Both the position numbers and the translations under genes were made by a program. Of a stretch of DNA of 28,614 nucleotides, positions 1 through 9,230 are shown piece by piece. The number at the start of each line of letters is the position of its first letter. Position 1 is the first letter of the stretch. Where the stretch lies: NCBI GenBank assembly GCA_964415105.1, contig CAYPYT010000002.1, positions 1 through 28,614 of the forward strand, written 5' to 3'. Source of the DNA: an uncultured Planctomycetia bacterium (GTDB taxonomy: Bacteria > Omnitrophota > Gorgyraeia > Tantalellales > Tantalellaceae). Under the pieces are notes generated by a model. That model was not told the origin of the DNA. It searched no databases and saw only the letters and a program-made list of their open reading frames with translations.

Positions 1-182
1 AAAGTGGAGTAAATTTTTTAAAGGAACCGCAAAATTCCACTTTTGACACAGTCTGTTCGCGCGAATGACATTTTTGGACATTTCGCGACAACCTCAAAAT
101 AGTCCATAAGGCTGGAAATGTGCATGAATGTTGATTTAACTGTACCTTGTTTTGTTTAAATGGGTTACAAGGAGTTCACCCA

Positions 183-3100
183 TTATACCGACATAAGAAG
201 TTTTTCCATTCTTTCATTGAGATTTTTCAAATCATTCGGATCCTTTATGAGAACCGGATCGAGAAGAAGAGTTAACAGGGTGGGATCTTTCTTTAGTTGC
301 TCTATTGTAACATCGATATCGGCAGTGTTATTCGTAAGAATATTACATATATTTTTAAACGCTAAATCATTATTGGCTAAGTAGGCGACACTTGCCGCGA
401 TTATGCCTCCTATATGAAAAAATCTTTCGTGACTTATTTTTCTTCTGTCGTAATCAATGAATATAACATGAGCGTTCTTAAGTTTTGATAAATTTTCTTG
501 AACATATTGTTCTTTGAACGGCAGAACAATAACTGTGTTATCATTATTTCCATCCGAGGTTAACGCGAAATCCACAAGTTCTTTTACCGATTTTTTTTCG
601 TCCGTTATGTTTCCAAAATCTATTTTATAACCCTTGTTTGATAAATGCGTACGTATTTTCTGCAAAATTTCTTTTTGTTCCCGCGAAACCGCGTATCCGC
701 TCCACATTTTTATTACGTAGTCATCCTTTGTTTGTTTTTCCACAGCTGTTTCAAGATTTCTGTGCAGTATTTCAAGTTTTACTCTTTCTTTCACCGCGGG
801 TATTTTTTCTTCCGGTATGGAATATCTGTCTAACGGACATTCCTTTCCTTTCAGACTGGTTTTTAGTTTGATATTGTAAATAGCTTCAAGATTTTTTTCG
901 GTTTCTTCGCGGGTAGAGCCACTCATGGCAGGGTTTATTCTGTAATGCTTAGGCTTACCTTTTACCGGCAATAAAATACCGATTTCCTTTAACATCCGAA
1001 CTTCTATATCCACCGTACTCGGCTTGTGCGATGTTCTAAGCGCGTATAAAGATTCTTTACTGAACTCTTCGAATTTAAAGTTTCCAAAACTAACGCGTAA
1101 TGCCTCGGCGGGCGAACCCGGCGGTAAGGATTTATTTATAGTTTTTTCTTTCATCAACTTTTTAAACTTTTCACTTCCATTATCTGTCAGTTCGAAATTA
1201 CCTCTGAACGGATTTACTCTCATTAACAGAACGGATATTAGATCTGCCATTTGTTTGTATCTTTCAGCTTTTTCAAATTCTTTGATAATCTTATCTGCCT
1301 GTTCTTGACCCATCATGCCGTATAATGCTTCTTTTCTAGATCTCGGAGGGTCTTCTTTCATTAGCCCTGTATTTAAGCTCCATCGCCCTGTATCCATATT
1401 GTTTTCAACAGAATCGGCCTCTTCTTTCAAATCCTCGATCAACGCTTCTATTTCTCCGACAGAACATTGAGACATATCTGAATCCTTTTTGATCCCCCTT
1501 TTTATCAACCCCGTCGCTTTTTCAAGAAGCAGCATATTATATATCCTCGCTATCACATTCCTCACTTTTATTACCTTTTCTTCTTTATGCCTTTTTTCCA
1601 AGATCGCTTTAATTTCTCTCCAATCTTTTTTTCTCATTTCTTCTAAAGAACATCCTATCGCCTCAGGTATATTTACATCTTCACCTGAATTCTTACTATT
1701 ATCCTGTATCGATTTTTGAGAAGTATCAGCCCATTCTAAAACGTCTCCAACAACCGTCTGTTTGTCCCGTTTACCCATATTTAATCTGCCAAACATGGCA
1801 TGTAAGAAGCCATTTTTTCTTTCATTATGATGGTCTATTACATCGCATATCGTCCTTTGTATCCCTGACGCCGGAAGATATTTTTTTCTGAACGCATTGC
1901 CGGCGGGTTTTTGGTCCTCTTCTGACCACTTTAGTATTACAATCTTGACAAAATTAAGCTTTGCTCTTTCATCTTCAACCGCGTTAAGTATCGCGATCCA
2001 CTCTTCCGGTATTGAAATCCCGCTATCAATTTTATCCAAAGCTTTCAGGCAATAGAACCCTTTCCACATCTCGTTTTCGTCAAAAGGAGATAGCGTTGTT
2101 ACTATTTCTCCCATCAAAAACGGTGCTAATCCTATAGACGGTCTTATTTCAGACATGTAAATCGCCGCTTTGTATTGGATTTCGGCAACGGGATCTTCTA
2201 ACGCTCCTAAAATAATCTCCAGATATTTGGGCTTATCTAATCTCGTTAAAACTTCAAGCGCTATCATACGAAACTTCGGATCTTTATTCTTCACTCCGCC
2301 TAAAACACTGGAAATATCTTCCTCATTAAGCGTTCTTACCCTGTCAGGAAATTCCATAAAAATATTGGCTTCATATATTTCTAACAATTCCTTTAATACG
2401 TCATTTCCGGTATTATCTTCTTTTATCCCGGGAGCCACCCATCCTCCATGAAAAATTGCCGCTTCTTTTTGTCCATCTTCATTTTCCATCACAAAAGTCG
2501 GCTCATAAATCTCTACTCTCCCTTCTGGAACTTTGGAATTGGGGATTATTTTTAACGTTAATAAACTTCTTCTCGTTTTCGAAAAATCCCTACTGCTGTT
2601 AAACGATATCGCGCCGTTCAGAAACATCAGCGCTTTTTCTTCCGTTAGTATTTTATTAATAAAAAACCGGCTGTAATATTTTGACGGATCGCTTAGATCA
2701 ATTACATTGAATCCTTCCTTTACCAATAAGTGAACATTTCTCAATATCTCCGGACTGTACAAGAATCTTCCGGGAAGAGCTATTTTTTCCAACCCTTCCT
2801 GTGATTTGTTGCCAAATATTTCTAAACTTGCCCCTTTTTCTTCAACCATTGTTATTTTTATCTTTCGAAACTGTTGTTTTGTTATTTTCGCGACACTATC
2901 CGCGAACAACAAACATTGATTCCTAAAACTATTTCGCTCTTCATTATTGAAACCTTGCATTGTTTCTTCTATTTCACAATCACCAAAATCGAATTGTTTT
3001 TTGTCCGTACGCGTCATTAATTGTTCTTCCCCAAATATAATTTCTAAATCGTCCGGACATGTTCCGATTATTCTTCCAAATATTTCCCTTATTTGCCGCT

Positions 3101-4442
3101 GATGCCGTTTCATTTCTTCCAGATAGCATGAGCCAATAGATCCATGCAGATTCTTTTGCGCTTCGATGCAATAGTCACCATGATAAAACGCGTATTTTTG
3201 ATCTTTATCAAGCGTTAACCAATCGGTATAACCACTCTCCTGCAAAACTTTTAATTCCCTTGGGGTTAACTTGGGATATTTTTTTAGCAATATTTCTATG
3301 ACTTCTATCTCTGCTAACTCATGAAAAATTGTTAATATCTGCTCTACAAAAGATCCCAGTGACATATTAATGTATGTATTCGCCGATTTAATCTCTCTGG
3401 TACTTTCATTAAATATAATTTTCGTTTCTCCTCTATGGCTTCTAAAAACATCGTCTTTTGTCCCAATATTTTCCATCACACAAAAAGTAAGATTGTATCT
3501 CTCTTTTGCATTTTTAAACGAGTCATTAGTTGCCATAAGCATTCTAAAGATAAGATCTAACAGCCGTTCAGTTAATCTCTTTGAGTCTTTAACCTTTTGC
3601 TCTCCGTTCAACATAAAAACAGCTTCCTCTTTCACAATTGAAGTAAATTCATCATAAATTCGAAATCGTTTTAAATTCTCTACATAAACTTCCGGCGAAA
3701 CCGGTCCAGTAACAAAATTCGCGACTTGGATAAATTCAAACTTATTATCAATCGCGGCAGTTATCAACCGCCTTCTTTCCTTTGAATCTTCGGGAGAAAT
3801 AAATAATCCGGTGTTAAAAAAATTGCGCCTATTGCTTTCGTTTTTTAATATCGGCTGAACCGTAAGATAAAAACGTGCTTCTTTTATTTGCTCATCCTGT
3901 TTTTTGTAATCTTCCTGTACAACAAAACCATTTTCCGCCATAAACATTATTTCTAATGCTTTGGCGATAATATCGTTCAGAATAAGTTCATCGGATAAAC
4001 GAGCAGGCTTTTTTCCTTTATGACAAAGGTCATAATACCTCTGTAACACTTTCTCGTTACCAAAGATCAGTTCCTTGATCCCATTGTACCTATATCTATT
4101 CCCGCTAATTCCGCCCCATCCTCTTTTTCCGTTTTGCATGATCTGCATCATCGCTTCAATATCTTCGTGAATAATTGACCTAACGAGTCTTAGCGGATTG
4201 TTGTATACTTCTTTGGAGACGAGATACTTACCGCTCTTATGCAAAATTGCTTCACTTCCATATAGCAGCAATAAAAGGCTCTGATTCATTGACGTAGCCA
4301 TAACGACCTGAGATTTGTCCAAAACCGCCCTAATCTCGCTTTTAACCAAAGGGTCTTGCGAAGCCATCCATGGCGCCAAAGCAAAACCCGTATTACTCGT
4401 TAAAAACACTAAAACTATTGTTATTGCAATTATTTTTCTCAT
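183..4442 (-). CDS. Large secreted modular protein (~1420 aa) with a HEAT-like repeat; function unknown
   Basis: ORF 183..4481. ATG at 4442 gives a signal-peptide-like start (MRKIIAITIVLVFLTSNTGFA-LAP). HEAT-like segment at ~2140-2310 (VLGGVKNKDPKFRMIALEVL...ALEDPVAEIQYKAA). Confidence 0.8.
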   Translation of the reverse strand: MRKIIAITIVLVFLTSNTGFALAPWMASQDPLVKSEIRAVLDKSQVVMATSMNQSLLLLLYGSEAILHKSGKYLVSKEVYNNPLRLVRSIIHEDIEAMMQIMQNGKRGWGGISGNRYRYNGIKELIFGNEKVLQRYYDLCHKGKKPARLSDELILNDIIAKALEIMFMAENGFVVQEDYKKQDEQIKEARFYLTVQPILKNESNRRNFFNTGLFISPEDSKERRRLITAAIDNKFEFIQVANFVTGPVSPEVYVENLKRFRIYDEFTSIVKEEAVFMLNGEQKVKDSKRLTERLLDLIFRMLMATNDSFKNAKERYNLTFCVMENIGTKDDVFRSHRGETKIIFNESTREIKSANTYINMSLGSFVEQILTIFHELAEIEVIEILLKKYPKLTPRELKVLQESGYTDWLTLDKDQKYAFYHGDYCIEAQKNLHGSIGSCYLEEMKRHQRQIREIFGRIIGTCPDDLEIIFGEEQLMTRTDKKQFDFGDCEIEETMQGFNNEERNSFRNQCLLFADSVAKITKQQFRKIKITMVEEKGASLEIFGNKSQEGLEKIALPGRFLYSPEILRNVHLLVKEGFNVIDLSDPSKYYSRFFINKILTEEKALMFLNGAISFNSSRDFSKTRRSLLTLKIIPNSKVPEGRVEIYEPTFVMENEDGQKEAAIFHGGWVAPGIKEDNTGNDVLKELLEIYEANIFMEFPDRVRTLNEEDISSVLGGVKNKDPKFRMIALEVLTRLDKPKYLEIILGALEDPVAEIQYKAAIYMSEIRPSIGLAPFLMGEIVTTLSPFDENEMWKGFYCLKALDKIDSGISIPEEWIAILNAVEDERAKLNFVKIVILKWSEEDQKPAGNAFRKKYLPASGIQRTICDVIDHHNERKNGFLHAMFGRLNMGKRDKQTVVGDVLEWADTSQKSIQDNSKNSGEDVNIPEAIGCSLEEMRKKDWREIKAILEKRHKEEKVIKVRNVIARIYNMLLLEKATGLIKRGIKKDSDMSQCSVGEIEALIEDLKEEADSVENNMDTGRWSLNTGLMKEDPPRSRKEALYGMMGQEQADKIIKEFEKAERYKQMADLISVLLMRVNPFRGNFELTDNGSEKFKKLMKEKTINKSLPPGSPAEALRVSFGNFKFEEFSKESLYALRTSHKPSTVDIEVRMLKEIGILLPVKGKPKHYRINPAMSGSTREETEKNLEAIYNIKLKTSLKGKECPLDRYSIPEEKIPAVKERVKLEILHRNLETAVEKQTKDDYVIKMWSGYAVSREQKEILQKIRTHLSNKGYKIDFGNITDEKKSVKELVDFALTSDGNNDNTVIVLPFKEQYVQENLSKLKNAHVIFIDYDRRKISHERFFHIGGIIAASVAYLANNDLAFKNICNILTNNTADIDVTIEQLKKDPTLLTLLLDPVLIKDPNDLKNLNERMEKLLMSV

Positions 4443-4623
4443 TATTTCTGATTTATTCCTTTTTTTACACTCTACCCGCATTCTTTGATACCGTCATCAA
4501 GATATAAAGCTTTTGTTATGCTAACCTTCATCCCCTTCGACTTACGTCCCTTTTCCCAGCCAACATTTATAACACAAATTAGACCAAAAAACAATCAAAA
4601 TATACCTTTTTTGAACCTTACAA

Positions 4624-4682
4624 AATAGGGACGTCTCCCTATTATTAGTAGAACAAAAATAAAGAAATAGGGAGAGTCTTCC
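4624..4682. repeat. REP-like palindrome (RAYT-flank family) plus a degenerate inverted copy
   Basis: AATAGGG-ACGTCT-CCCTATT at 4624-4643 and degenerate AATAGGGAGAGTCTTCC at 4666-4682. Confidence 0.7.
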
Positions 4683-4859
4683 AGTGCGCTATGAAATGAA
4701 TTTTTAATCTAATTTTTCCACTTTCGAAAAAGGAGAACAGGCAGGGCTGGCGAGTAGCTATTGGTTATCAAAAAAAATGCCTCTCAAAGGATTCTCTCAC
4801 TCTTAGAAAGTCAGGAATTTGAAGGAGTTCGCTTTGATAATTTGCTGATCTTATCGGAA

Positions 4860-5315
4860 TTAAATATAATCCGGCGAGCTATATTTCGTGAAGAGCCCTT
4901 TATCACTGTCAACATATCTCTGCACACGTACATGCTTTGGAGAGACCGCGGTAGTTAACCACTTCCATGCCTCCTCAATTTCTTCCGATTTAAAATACAA
5001 TGCTGGGGATTCGCCAAAAACCGATTCAATAAGAATTTCATTCATAACTTTTGTCCATGAATGCGCGCCGACAATCGCGATAAGCTGGATATCCTTCATG
5101 TGTTTTTTCAAAAATTGAAAGATTTCCCATTCCGATTTAATCTTCGCGCCCGTCATTTTAGTGGAATCAACTAAAAGCCTAAGTTTTTTATTCGCGTCTT
5201 CAACCGCCTTTTCCAATTCCGGAAGAAATTCTTCAATTTCTTTAGCAGTAAGTTTCCCCGTAATTTCAAACCCAAAAACATTTGAATGTTCATGATGAAT
5301 TTTTTGTATCCCCAT
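4860..5315 (-). CDS. STAS/SEC14 domain (SpoIIAA-like) protein
   Basis: 151 aa with the family pattern (FEITGKLTAKE...LRLLVD...IAIVG...YF...EEAWKWL). GGAGG RBS upstream. Confidence 0.8.
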   Translation of the reverse strand: MGIQKIHHEHSNVFGFEITGKLTAKEIEEFLPELEKAVEDANKKLRLLVDSTKMTGAKIKSEWEIFQFLKKHMKDIQLIAIVGAHSWTKVMNEILIESVFGESPALYFKSEEIEEAWKWLTTAVSPKHVRVQRYVDSDKGLFTKYSSPDYI

Positions 5316-5347
5316 AATCCCTCCTATTTTATAGCAACTTATACTAC

Positions 5348-5382
5348 GTTATAGATAGTTATAGCGTATTTTAGCTATAACT
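5348..5382. promoter_or_regulatory. Candidate operator palindrome upstream of the STAS/SEC14 gene
   Basis: AGTTATAGC-N8-GCTATAACT (5357-5382, perfect 9-bp arms) plus an extra GTTATAG at 5348-5354. Confidence 0.45.
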
Positions 5383-5459
5383 GCAAATAATTCCATATAA
5401 TTGCTTCCCCAAAAACTCCATTAAAACAACATGCCAGTGAATATCGCTTATTTCATTTT

Positions 5460-5564
5460 TTATAGTTCTGCCTGTTTGCGGGAAAAATCCGCATTTTTTG
5501 TCCATTCAAGCAATTTTTTCTTAAGTTCGCCCTTACTCGGCAAATAAAGTTTGTATCCTTTAGT
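5460..5564 (-). pseudogene. C-terminal remnant resembling a DUF1016/YhcG (PD-(D/E)XK) protein
   Basis: Hand translation TKGYKLYLPSKGELKKKLLEWTKNADFSRKQAEL* resembles the family C-terminal YxLYLPsxeEL motif. No start codon; abuts the REP at 5567. Confidence 0.6.
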
Positions 5565-5566
5565 TT

Positions 5567-5660
5567 TAATAGGGACAGACACTTATTTAACTTATTATGG
5601 GATTCTGGGGACCCACAACCCCTATTTCAGAGATAATTAAGTATTGTGTCCCGGATTTCC
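5567..5660. repeat. Cluster of REP-like palindromes
   Basis: TAATAGGGACAGACACTTATTTA (5567-5589) nearly matches the RAYT flanking repeat. Two divergent relatives lie at ~5607-5626 and ~5636-5658. Confidence 0.7.
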
Positions 5661-5717
5661 TCAAATTCGAATTGCGCCAAAGGCCTTTTGCCATCCTTTT
5701 TAAATATTCGCCTATTT

Positions 5718-6575
5718 CTAACGTTTTTTAGCGTTGCCTTTGATCGTTTTTACATCTTTTGCGATTCTTTTGCCTTCCGAGTTAATCCGCCTTTGTAGCT
5801 TTTTAATATCTTCTTCCGGCGGTAACGCTTCGGGTTTAATACCGCTTTTCCCAAGCAAGTCTCGTACATCTTTGTTGTTTTTAACATGTTCACCGGTAAT
5901 TGCCGGTTCACTTCGCAGATTGTTCTTTTTTGTATTGAAACCGGTGATTTCAGCGGCCAGGTCTTTGGCTTTGATGGTAATGGTCGGCAAAAAATCGGAT
6001 AGCGAACGGTTTTCAGGCATAGCCAGTTTTTTTTTCATCTCAAGAGTAGTGTAACCCCCGAAAAGCGCCTGGTCGCCTTTACTGCGTAGACGCGCGAAAC
6101 CTTTGCCATCGACACCGCGTTCATAAACAATTCCGGATAGTTCTATTTCCGTATCAGCCAGTTTTTCCCGTGCCCTCAACCGTTCCACCAACACAACACG
6201 TTCTTCTAATAATTCCTGTTTGCGCGTTTGAATAGCAAAATAGCTTTGGGCAAAGGCAATCTGTTCTTTCCTGGGGTCGCCATTTTGAGCGATGAGATAA
6301 CAAGCGTAACGGGTTAACATGAAGTCTTCTATATCTTTTGAAGCCCCTTTTGGCATCGGAATCGTTTTGTTGACGTCAACAAAATGATCAAAAATATTCT
6401 GCATAGAATTCAAACAGGCTGTTTTCGCTTTTTCGATGACCTGCAGAAAATTACGCCACTCGGAATAATCCAAAAGTTTCTGCAAATCTCTTGCCATCCA
6501 GTATTCAACACCGTTTTGAGTATAAGCCGATTCTTCAAATGTTTTGTTGAGTTGCACTATGATCTCTTTTTTCAT
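5718..6575 (-). CDS. dinD: DNA damage-inducible protein D (Bro-N-like N-terminus)
   Basis: 285 aa with EYWMARDLQKLLDY.EWRNF, LTRYACYLIAQNGDPRK.EIAFAQ.YFA.QTRKQE and RSKGDQALFGG. GGAGG RBS. Confidence 0.9.
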   Translation of the reverse strand: MKKEIIVQLNKTFEESAYTQNGVEYWMARDLQKLLDYSEWRNFLQVIEKAKTACLNSMQNIFDHFVDVNKTIPMPKGASKDIEDFMLTRYACYLIAQNGDPRKEQIAFAQSYFAIQTRKQELLEERVVLVERLRAREKLADTEIELSGIVYERGVDGKGFARLRSKGDQALFGGYTTLEMKKKLAMPENRSLSDFLPTITIKAKDLAAEITGFNTKKNNLRSEPAITGEHVKNNKDVRDLLGKSGIKPEALPPEEDIKKLQRRINSEGKRIAKDVKTIKGNAKKR

Positions 6576-6607
6576 CTACGTATCCTCCATTTGAATTTTA
6601 ATCTGCC

Positions 6608-6708
6608 CAGACACCTATTTAATTTATTAGTAAAAATTGGGACGGTTCTATTTCTTTCACTTCTTATGCCCTTGTAGGGAATAACCGGAACAGACACCTA
6701 TTTAATTT
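6608..6708. repeat. Cluster of partial REP-like copies
   Basis: CAGACACCTATTTAA at 6608-6622 and 6691-6705; AAATTGGGACGGTTCTATTT at ~6634-6653. Confidence 0.6.
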
Positions 6709-6805
6709 CAAGTGATATTAAGGCTATGTGGAAAACCCAGTCCACGCGCTCGCTCCGCGCTTGGTACAGTCCCCATTTTCTTTTAAACCTTATTATGTGG
6801 CACAT

Positions 6806-6857
6806 ACAAAAATTCGCACCCTTGCGCTTTTGGAGGAGAGGCACAAAGGTACGAATT
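6806..6857 (-). terminator. Intrinsic terminator downstream of tRNA-Ser
   Basis: 17-bp stem (6811-6827 / 6841-6857; three G.U pairs on the minus-strand RNA), 13-nt loop, followed by a U run. Confidence 0.65.
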
Positions 6858-6865
6858 GGTTGCAA

Positions 6866-6953
6866 TGGCGGAGGAAGTAGGATTTGAACCCACGGACCAT
6901 TACTGGTCAACGGTTTTCAAGACCGCCGCATTAAACCGCTCTGCCATTCCTCC
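6866..6953 (-). tRNA. tRNA-Ser (anticodon UGA)
   Basis: Cloverleaf with acceptor GGAGGAA/TTCCTCC, anticodon loop CTTGAAA, long variable arm, T-loop TTCAAAT, G73 and encoded CCA. Confidence 0.97.
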
Positions 6954-7065
6954 GCTTTACTTTTTTCTATCTCTAAACATGCTTATTTATGTTTTTTTTC
7001 GCCGGAAACGGAAAACCGCTCTGGCATTTCTCCGGGTTGTATTCTTATCAACAACCGTCATTTTA

Positions 7066-7752
7066 TCAAACTTTGGGGGTATTTACAAATTCTAATATTT
7101 TTGTGTATATACCGTTATAAATGCTGAAAGAATCTGCCGCGGTGGATTTTATGAATGCTATGAATGAGAGGTTTGAGAAAAACGGGCAGAAAACTGCCAT
7201 TACCACTATGAGGTTGCCTATAAAAATAAGGACTAACGAAAAAATAATTCCCGATTTTCCGACGTCGGACTGCCGCAATCTTAAAGCTTCGGAAGTCATA
7301 ACAAAATGAAACGCCAAGGTAACACCAATCAAGAAAACAAAAACAGCGGACATAAAAGGCGGTTCTTTGCCCATTGTTTTTAGCGCCCAAAAAATCGGGC
7401 CCAAAAGAAGCGTGTAAATCGGCACAAAATACGGGCTGAGTTCTATAAAAAAATTGGTCTTGGATGTAACTACGCTTCCACCTCTCGGAGTTACATTAAA
7501 AGAAACAACGCTTCCGCCTGAGATCCATGTTGCCGCCACATGCGTCAGTTCATGTCCAAGAACATATAAATAAACAGGTTTCGCGATAAATATATGAAAA
7601 ACAAGGTATACAAGAACTCCTCTTTCAAACAAATGAAACAGGTTACTGTCAAATCCTATATCCGCGATAGCCCCATAAAAAGATTTTGCCGCGCCGACGG
7701 CAACGGGCAAAAGAAGAATACCTAATATCGTTTTTAAAAATCGTGAAAACAT
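7066..7752 (-). CDS. Membrane protein, M50-like zinc metallopeptidase
   Basis: Multiple TM segments and an HExxH motif (LGHELTH), followed by the NFFIELSPYF segment typical of this group. Confidence 0.7.
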   Translation of the reverse strand: MFSRFLKTILGILLLPVAVGAAKSFYGAIADIGFDSNLFHLFERGVLVYLVFHIFIAKPVYLYVLGHELTHVAATWISGGSVVSFNVTPRGGSVVTSKTNFFIELSPYFVPIYTLLLGPIFWALKTMGKEPPFMSAVFVFLIGVTLAFHFVMTSEALRLRQSDVGKSGIIFSLVLIFIGNLIVVMAVFCPFFSNLSFIAFIKSTAADSFSIYNGIYTKILEFVNTPKV

Positions 7753-7789
7753 ATTTTTATTCGTCTATACTTTCATCTCCCAAAACACC

Positions 7790-7876
7790 ATTTAAATAGG
7801 GACGTCTCCCATTTAATTTAAGAGGTGACGTTCCTATTTAGTCGTTTAATTAAATGGGAGACGTCCCTATTTAAAT
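7790..7876. repeat. REPIN-like doublet: perfect 29-bp inverted repeat with a third degenerate copy in the spacer
   Basis: ATTTAAATAGGGACGTCTCCCATTTAATT (7790-7818) is the exact reverse complement of 7848-7876. The spacer contains GGTGACGTTCCTATTTA. Confidence 0.85.
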
Positions 7877-9142
7877 TTTATCGGATCCGAAATATGGTCT
7901 TAAGGCTTCGGGAATTATTATTGAGCCGTCTTTTGTTTGATACGTTTCAAGAAGCGCGACTACAAGTCTTGGAAGCGCCACGCCCGAAGCGTTTAAGGTG
8001 TGGACATATTTCGGTCTCTCGCTTCTATTTTTCGGCTGATATTTTATATTCGCGCGCCGCGCCTGAAAGTCCGCGAACAGCGAACAGCTGGATACTTCAA
8101 GCCATCTTTTGCTTCCGGGAGCCCATAACTCTATATCATAGCATTTATGCGCGGCAAAACTAATATCACTGGTACAGAGTTCAAGCACGCGGTATGGAAG
8201 AGCCAATTTCCTTAATATATCTTCCGCGTTCTCAAGTAAAGATTCTAATTCTTTCATTGATTCGTCGGGATGAGTAAATTTAACCATTTCAACTTTATCG
8301 AATTGATGGACACGTATCAAGCCGCGTGTATCTTTACCGTAAGACCCGGCCTCACGCCTGAAACACATGGTATATGCCGTATAATAGATCGGAAGAGTTT
8401 CTTCTTCCAGCACTTCATCAGCATGAAAATTGGTAACGGGAACTTCCGCCGTCGGTATAAGAAAAAGGTCGTCTTCCTTTATATTGTACATATCTTCCTC
8501 AAGTTTTGGAATTTGTCCCGTACCTCTCATGCTTTTGCGGTTCACTAAAACCGGCGGTAAGATCTCTTTATACCCGTGTTCTTTCACATGCACGTCTATC
8601 ATGAAATTTATAAGCGCCCTTTCAAGCTTCGCGCCGGCGGCGACAAAAAGCGGAAACCCTGATCCTGTTATTTTTGCCGCGCGTTCAAAATCAAAAATCC
8701 CATTTATCTTTCCAAGTTCAATATGATCACGAGGACTAAACTTTGTTTCAGCAATGCTCCCCCATTCTCGCACATGCCGGTTATCTTTTTCACTTTTGCC
8801 GCGAGGTACGCTTTCATGCGGCATATTCGGGATCATATCAAGAATTCGGCTGTATTCCGCTGACGCTTCGCCAAGCTTTTTATCTAATTCGCTTATTTTT
8901 TCAGAAATTTTACCGACATCTTCTTTCGCGACTTTTGAATCTTTTTTTTGTTTTATCATTTCCCCGATCTTCTTTGAAGCTTCGTTTTTTTTACGTTTCA
9001 AAGCTTCGACTTCTTGAAGTAGATCTCTTCTGGCGCTATCAGCTTTCAGAAATTTATCTACAAGTTCGGGTTTATCGGATCGATCCTTAAGTCCCTTTTT
9101 AACAAGATCAGCGTTTTCTCTTATGAATTTCGGGTCAAGCAT
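7871..9142 (-). CDS. serS: Serine--tRNA ligase
   Basis: 423 aa with N-terminal coiled coil, LIPTAEVP, CFRREAGSYGKDTRGLIRVHQFDKVE, EVSSCS and HTLNASG. Confidence 0.98.
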   Translation of the reverse strand: MLDPKFIRENADLVKKGLKDRSDKPELVDKFLKADSARRDLLQEVEALKRKKNEASKKIGEMIKQKKDSKVAKEDVGKISEKISELDKKLGEASAEYSRILDMIPNMPHESVPRGKSEKDNRHVREWGSIAETKFSPRDHIELGKINGIFDFERAAKITGSGFPLFVAAGAKLERALINFMIDVHVKEHGYKEILPPVLVNRKSMRGTGQIPKLEEDMYNIKEDDLFLIPTAEVPVTNFHADEVLEEETLPIYYTAYTMCFRREAGSYGKDTRGLIRVHQFDKVEMVKFTHPDESMKELESLLENAEDILRKLALPYRVLELCTSDISFAAHKCYDIELWAPGSKRWLEVSSCSLFADFQARRANIKYQPKNRSERPKYVHTLNASGVALPRLVVALLETYQTKDGSIIIPEALRPYFGSDKI

Positions 9143-9190
9143 CTGCTTTTTCCTTTCTAAAAATCTTTTCTGTTATCATTAATCGTATTA

Positions 9191-9219
9191 TTTATAGCAC
9201 GTCCATACCCTTTATGCAA
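9191..9219 (-). promoter_or_regulatory. Putative sigma70 promoter of serS
   Basis: TTGCAT-N17-TATAAA with TG at the extended -10 position. Confidence 0.5.
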
Positions 9220-9230
9220 CTTTTCAATAA

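Noticed and set aside
4761-4958. Plus-strand 65-aa ORF / possible gene remnant at 4712-4860
   Set aside because: TTG start, overlap with the STAS gene and no family I can recognise. A blastx search would be needed.
6866-6890. tRNA-Ser 3' end as attachment site of an integrated island
   Set aside because: No duplicate of the 3' end and no integrase seen in the window. A copy beyond the left edge cannot be excluded.
6954-6955. 5' leader GC complementary to G73-C74 of tRNA-Ser
   Set aside because: A two-base match is easily chance; no evidence for altered processing.
4624-7876. Recurrent ~24-bp repeats as a possible CRISPR array
   Set aside because: Spacing is irregular, orientations are mixed, copies are degenerate and no cas genes are present. 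They match the RAYT flanks instead.
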